The notes under the pieces were generated by a model. The model saw nothing but the letters and a program-made list of their open reading frames with translations, made no database searches and had not been told where the DNA came from. A stretch of DNA of 36,270 bases from Octopus bimaculoides. Taxonomy: Eukaryota. A program made the position numbers and the translations under genes. Every line of letters begins with the position of its first letter. Position 1 is the first letter of the stretch. The stretch spans positions 7,616,531 to 7,652,800 of the forward strand of contig NC_068981.1 of NCBI RefSeq assembly GCF_001194135.2, written 5' to 3'. This document shows positions 33,491-36,270 of the stretch, piece after piece.

Positions 33491-34520
33491 AAATGTTATG
33501 ACAGCCCCACTTCTAATCCTTGTAAGAACTGGGCACAAATACCTGAGAAGGACAGACACAGGATCAAATAGCATCAAGGAGGTCAGGGCACAAAGGATTC
33601 AAATTCATCTATTTACTCGTTCCTGGTTACAATAATCAAATTTATTGAATGCTCTAGTGCAAGTCTTAGGGTTTGATAGGTCTTTCAATTCTTGACCAAA
33701 ATAAAGGCTGCTGTATTCATCCGGATTTAAAATCAACCGGAAGGAAACAAATAACAGAGCAGTAAAATTAAAGTAAGCTACATTTGTAGTAGAAGGCAAT
33801 TTACGCTAATTTCAGGAGTTTTCGAGTAATCACAATAAAATTATAAATTCAAAAGTATTCCTGGGGAAATTCGATACTAAATACGAGTAATATCCTTCAT
33901 ATTTGATAACGAAAACATTAATTCGATTAAACTTTGATACTGCCTTCAACCACAACCAGTCTTCATATTTCTTGTTTCACTTTTTTAACACAGAATTCTT
34001 CAAGCTCAAGCTAAAAGGAATAAAATGGCGATCAACAAGCAACATTTCCTTAATCTTAGGTTGCCAATATTGAGTACAGAAATGTTCAATTAAAGATAGC
34101 AAGATGGCGAAATATGCTGATGTGTAAAAGCTTCTCATAAGATTTATTTTCCAAGCCTCACTCTTCTACCCTCAAAGCTTTACTTTACTAAGCCAGATAT
34201 TTAAATGTATGCTAACATTTTACAGACTCGCTTTCAAGTGCCATTTACAGGTTATATATAAAATAATAATAAAAAAAACTCCTGCCAGGGATCTGTCACA
34301 GAAAACGCATGTTTACTACACAAGGGAAAAATAAAGAAAGTGTTGAAAAGAACGTTGAAGGTTAATGTTTAATACATTCGGCTATAATAGCTCAGATATA
34401 ACTACTTTCACAGGCGCACAGAGAACCATACAGAAAGACGATATTGCATTGATAGCCGAGCAATAAAGAGACATAAATCTGTCACGGAACTCCTCTATTG
34501 CCAACACATAGATTGTTATT

Positions 34521-34523
<3 letters not shown>

Positions 34524-34576
<53 letters not shown>

Positions 34577-34615
34577 NNNNNNNNNNNNNNNNNNNNNNNN
34601 NNNNNNNNNNNNNNN

Positions 34616-34668
<53 letters not shown>
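34524..34668. repeat. (CT)n microsatellite with an internal N gap
   Basis: Read directly from the sequence. Confidence 0.95.
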
Positions 34669-34670
<2 letters not shown>

Positions 34671-36222
34671 TCTCTAATAGTAAATGTGTATTTATCTTAC
34701 TGTGTGTGTAAATGTTTGTGTGCACACGTATATATTTCAGTATGTCTATATACCGCACACAAAGAAAATTTTGCGTATATGCACTCACACATACATATGC
34801 ATATGTGTTTGTCTGTGTTTGCATGTATACATGTATGCATGTATATGTAATATATATGTAGGTATATATATATATATATATATATATNNNNNNNNNNNNN
34901 NNNNNNNNNNNNNNNNNNNNNNNNNNNNNNNNNNNNNNNNNNNNNNNNNNNNNNNNNNNNNNNNNNNNNNNNNNNNNNNNNNNNNNNNNNNNNNNNNNNN
35001 NNNNNNNNNNNNNNNNNNNNNNNNNNNNNNNNNNNNNNNNNNNNNNNNNNNNNNNNNNNNNNNNNNNNNNNNNNNNNNNNNNNNNNNNNNNNNNNNNNNN
35101 NNNNNNNNNNNNNNNNNNNNNNNNNNNNNNNNNNNNNNNNNNNNNNNNNNNNNNNNNNNNNNNNNNNNNNNNNNNNNNNNNNNNNNNNNNNNNNNNNNNN
35201 NNNNNNNNNNNNNNNNNNNNNNNNNNNNNNNNNNNNNNNNNNNNNNNNNNNNNNNNNNNNNNNNNNNNNNNNNNNNNNNNNNNNNNNNNNNNNNNNNNNN
35301 NNNNNNNNNNNNNNNNNNNNNNNNNNNNNNNNNNNNNNNNNNNNNNNNNNNNNNNNNNNNNNNNNNNNNNNNNNNNNNNNNNNNNNNNNNNNNNNNNNNN
35401 NNNNNNNNNNNNNNNNNNNNNNNNNNNNNNNNNNNNNNNNNNNNNNNNNNNNNNNNNNNNNNNNNNNNNNNNNNNNNNNNNNNNNNNNNNNNNNNNNNNN
35501 NNNNNNNNNNNNNNNNNNNNNNNNNNNNNNNNNNNNNNNNNNNNNNNNNNNNNNNNNNNNNNNNNNNNNNNNNNNATATATATATATATATAATGGCACA
35601 CTCGTCAGAAACGATATAATCCACAAGGTATTGAATTATCCTCATAGCCATGTCAATACGCTCGTAATGTTAGTAATAGCGATCATTTCAATGCCGGAAT
35701 TAAGTTGATGCTAAAATATGTTAGAGTCATAAAGTGCCACCTACGAAAGTGAGATCTGACAGGAACCAAGATGGATTAAATGTGTGTGTCTCGTATTTGG
35801 CCTCCATTTTCAATTCCAGCATTCAGGAAAAATAAGTCAATGCAATAAAACTTGAAAAATATCAAATACGTTTTATTTCATATATCACTGGATGTTCAAT
35901 AAATACATTATACTCGGTATAGTTTTTCTATATCGCTATCAATTTTTTTGTTGGTTATGGCGATCATGAGAAGACATGGCCACCCATTTTCAGCGAGAGC
36001 ATTGTATAACATCGATGGGTACTTCGGTTAAGTTAGAAAGCTGGAAATTCCGCTAAACGTTTTGTAGAGACACTTCTAAGTGAAGTCGAAACCAAACGAT
36101 GCTTTATGGAGCAGCGATTTAAGGCGGGAAGAAAAGGCTTGAATGGTTGCATCATTCTTGTAGACAGCATCGATTTGGGTAAAAAATGATTTGTAAATAT
36201 ATTTATAAACTTTATATATAAA

Positions 36223-36270
36223 CTAGCAGAAATACCCGGCTTTGCTCGGGTTAAAGAGAATAATGAAATC
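36223..36270 (-). mobile_element. Helitron-type 3' terminus; element continues past the window edge
   Basis: Minus strand: ACCCGAGCAAAGCCGGGT (GC-rich imperfect hairpin), then ATTTCTG, then CTAG followed by T. This is the canonical Helitron hairpin plus CTRR|T end. Confidence 0.65.

Noticed and set aside
35950-36185. Coding exon or mariner remnant (KAGNSAKRFVETLL...)
   Set aside because: Short open stretch with a poor acceptor and no recognisable motif.

Overview
Eukaryotic, AT-rich, microsatellite-dense draft sequence with many N gaps, nearly all next to simple repeats. The repeat families look like those of a coleoid cephalopod (Octopus-type) genome; that is inference from recall, not a database result. 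No rRNA, true tRNA gene or CRISPR array is supported. Most ORFs in the supplied track are translations of microsatellites or N runs. The window is mostly decayed mobile elements: two L1/Tx1-clade RT fragments, five R4/Dong-type (restriction-like endonuclease, REL) non-LTR pieces, one RTE 3' end, two Penelope-like GIY-YIG fragments, two tRNA-derived SINE families, a piggyBac transposase relic and a Helitron-type 3' terminus. The one convincing host coding region is an uninterrupted 310-codon ORF (5615-6547, minus). It encodes a signal peptide, a Cys-rich N-glycosylatable ectodomain, a partial GPS-like motif, an RKR site and a C-terminal hydrophobic helix, and I cannot assign it to a family. The main points of interest are: (i) that orphan surface protein; (ii) several minimal type I hammerhead-ribozyme motifs, one fully intact (21945-21990), one with a variant core (28579-28614) and several decayed; (iii) REL LINEs associated with microsatellites, three stacked head-to-tail at (TAA)-rich tails and one embedded in (CATA)n; (iv) a close inverted SINE pair able to form long dsRNA. 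Element boundaries were read by eye and are approximate.
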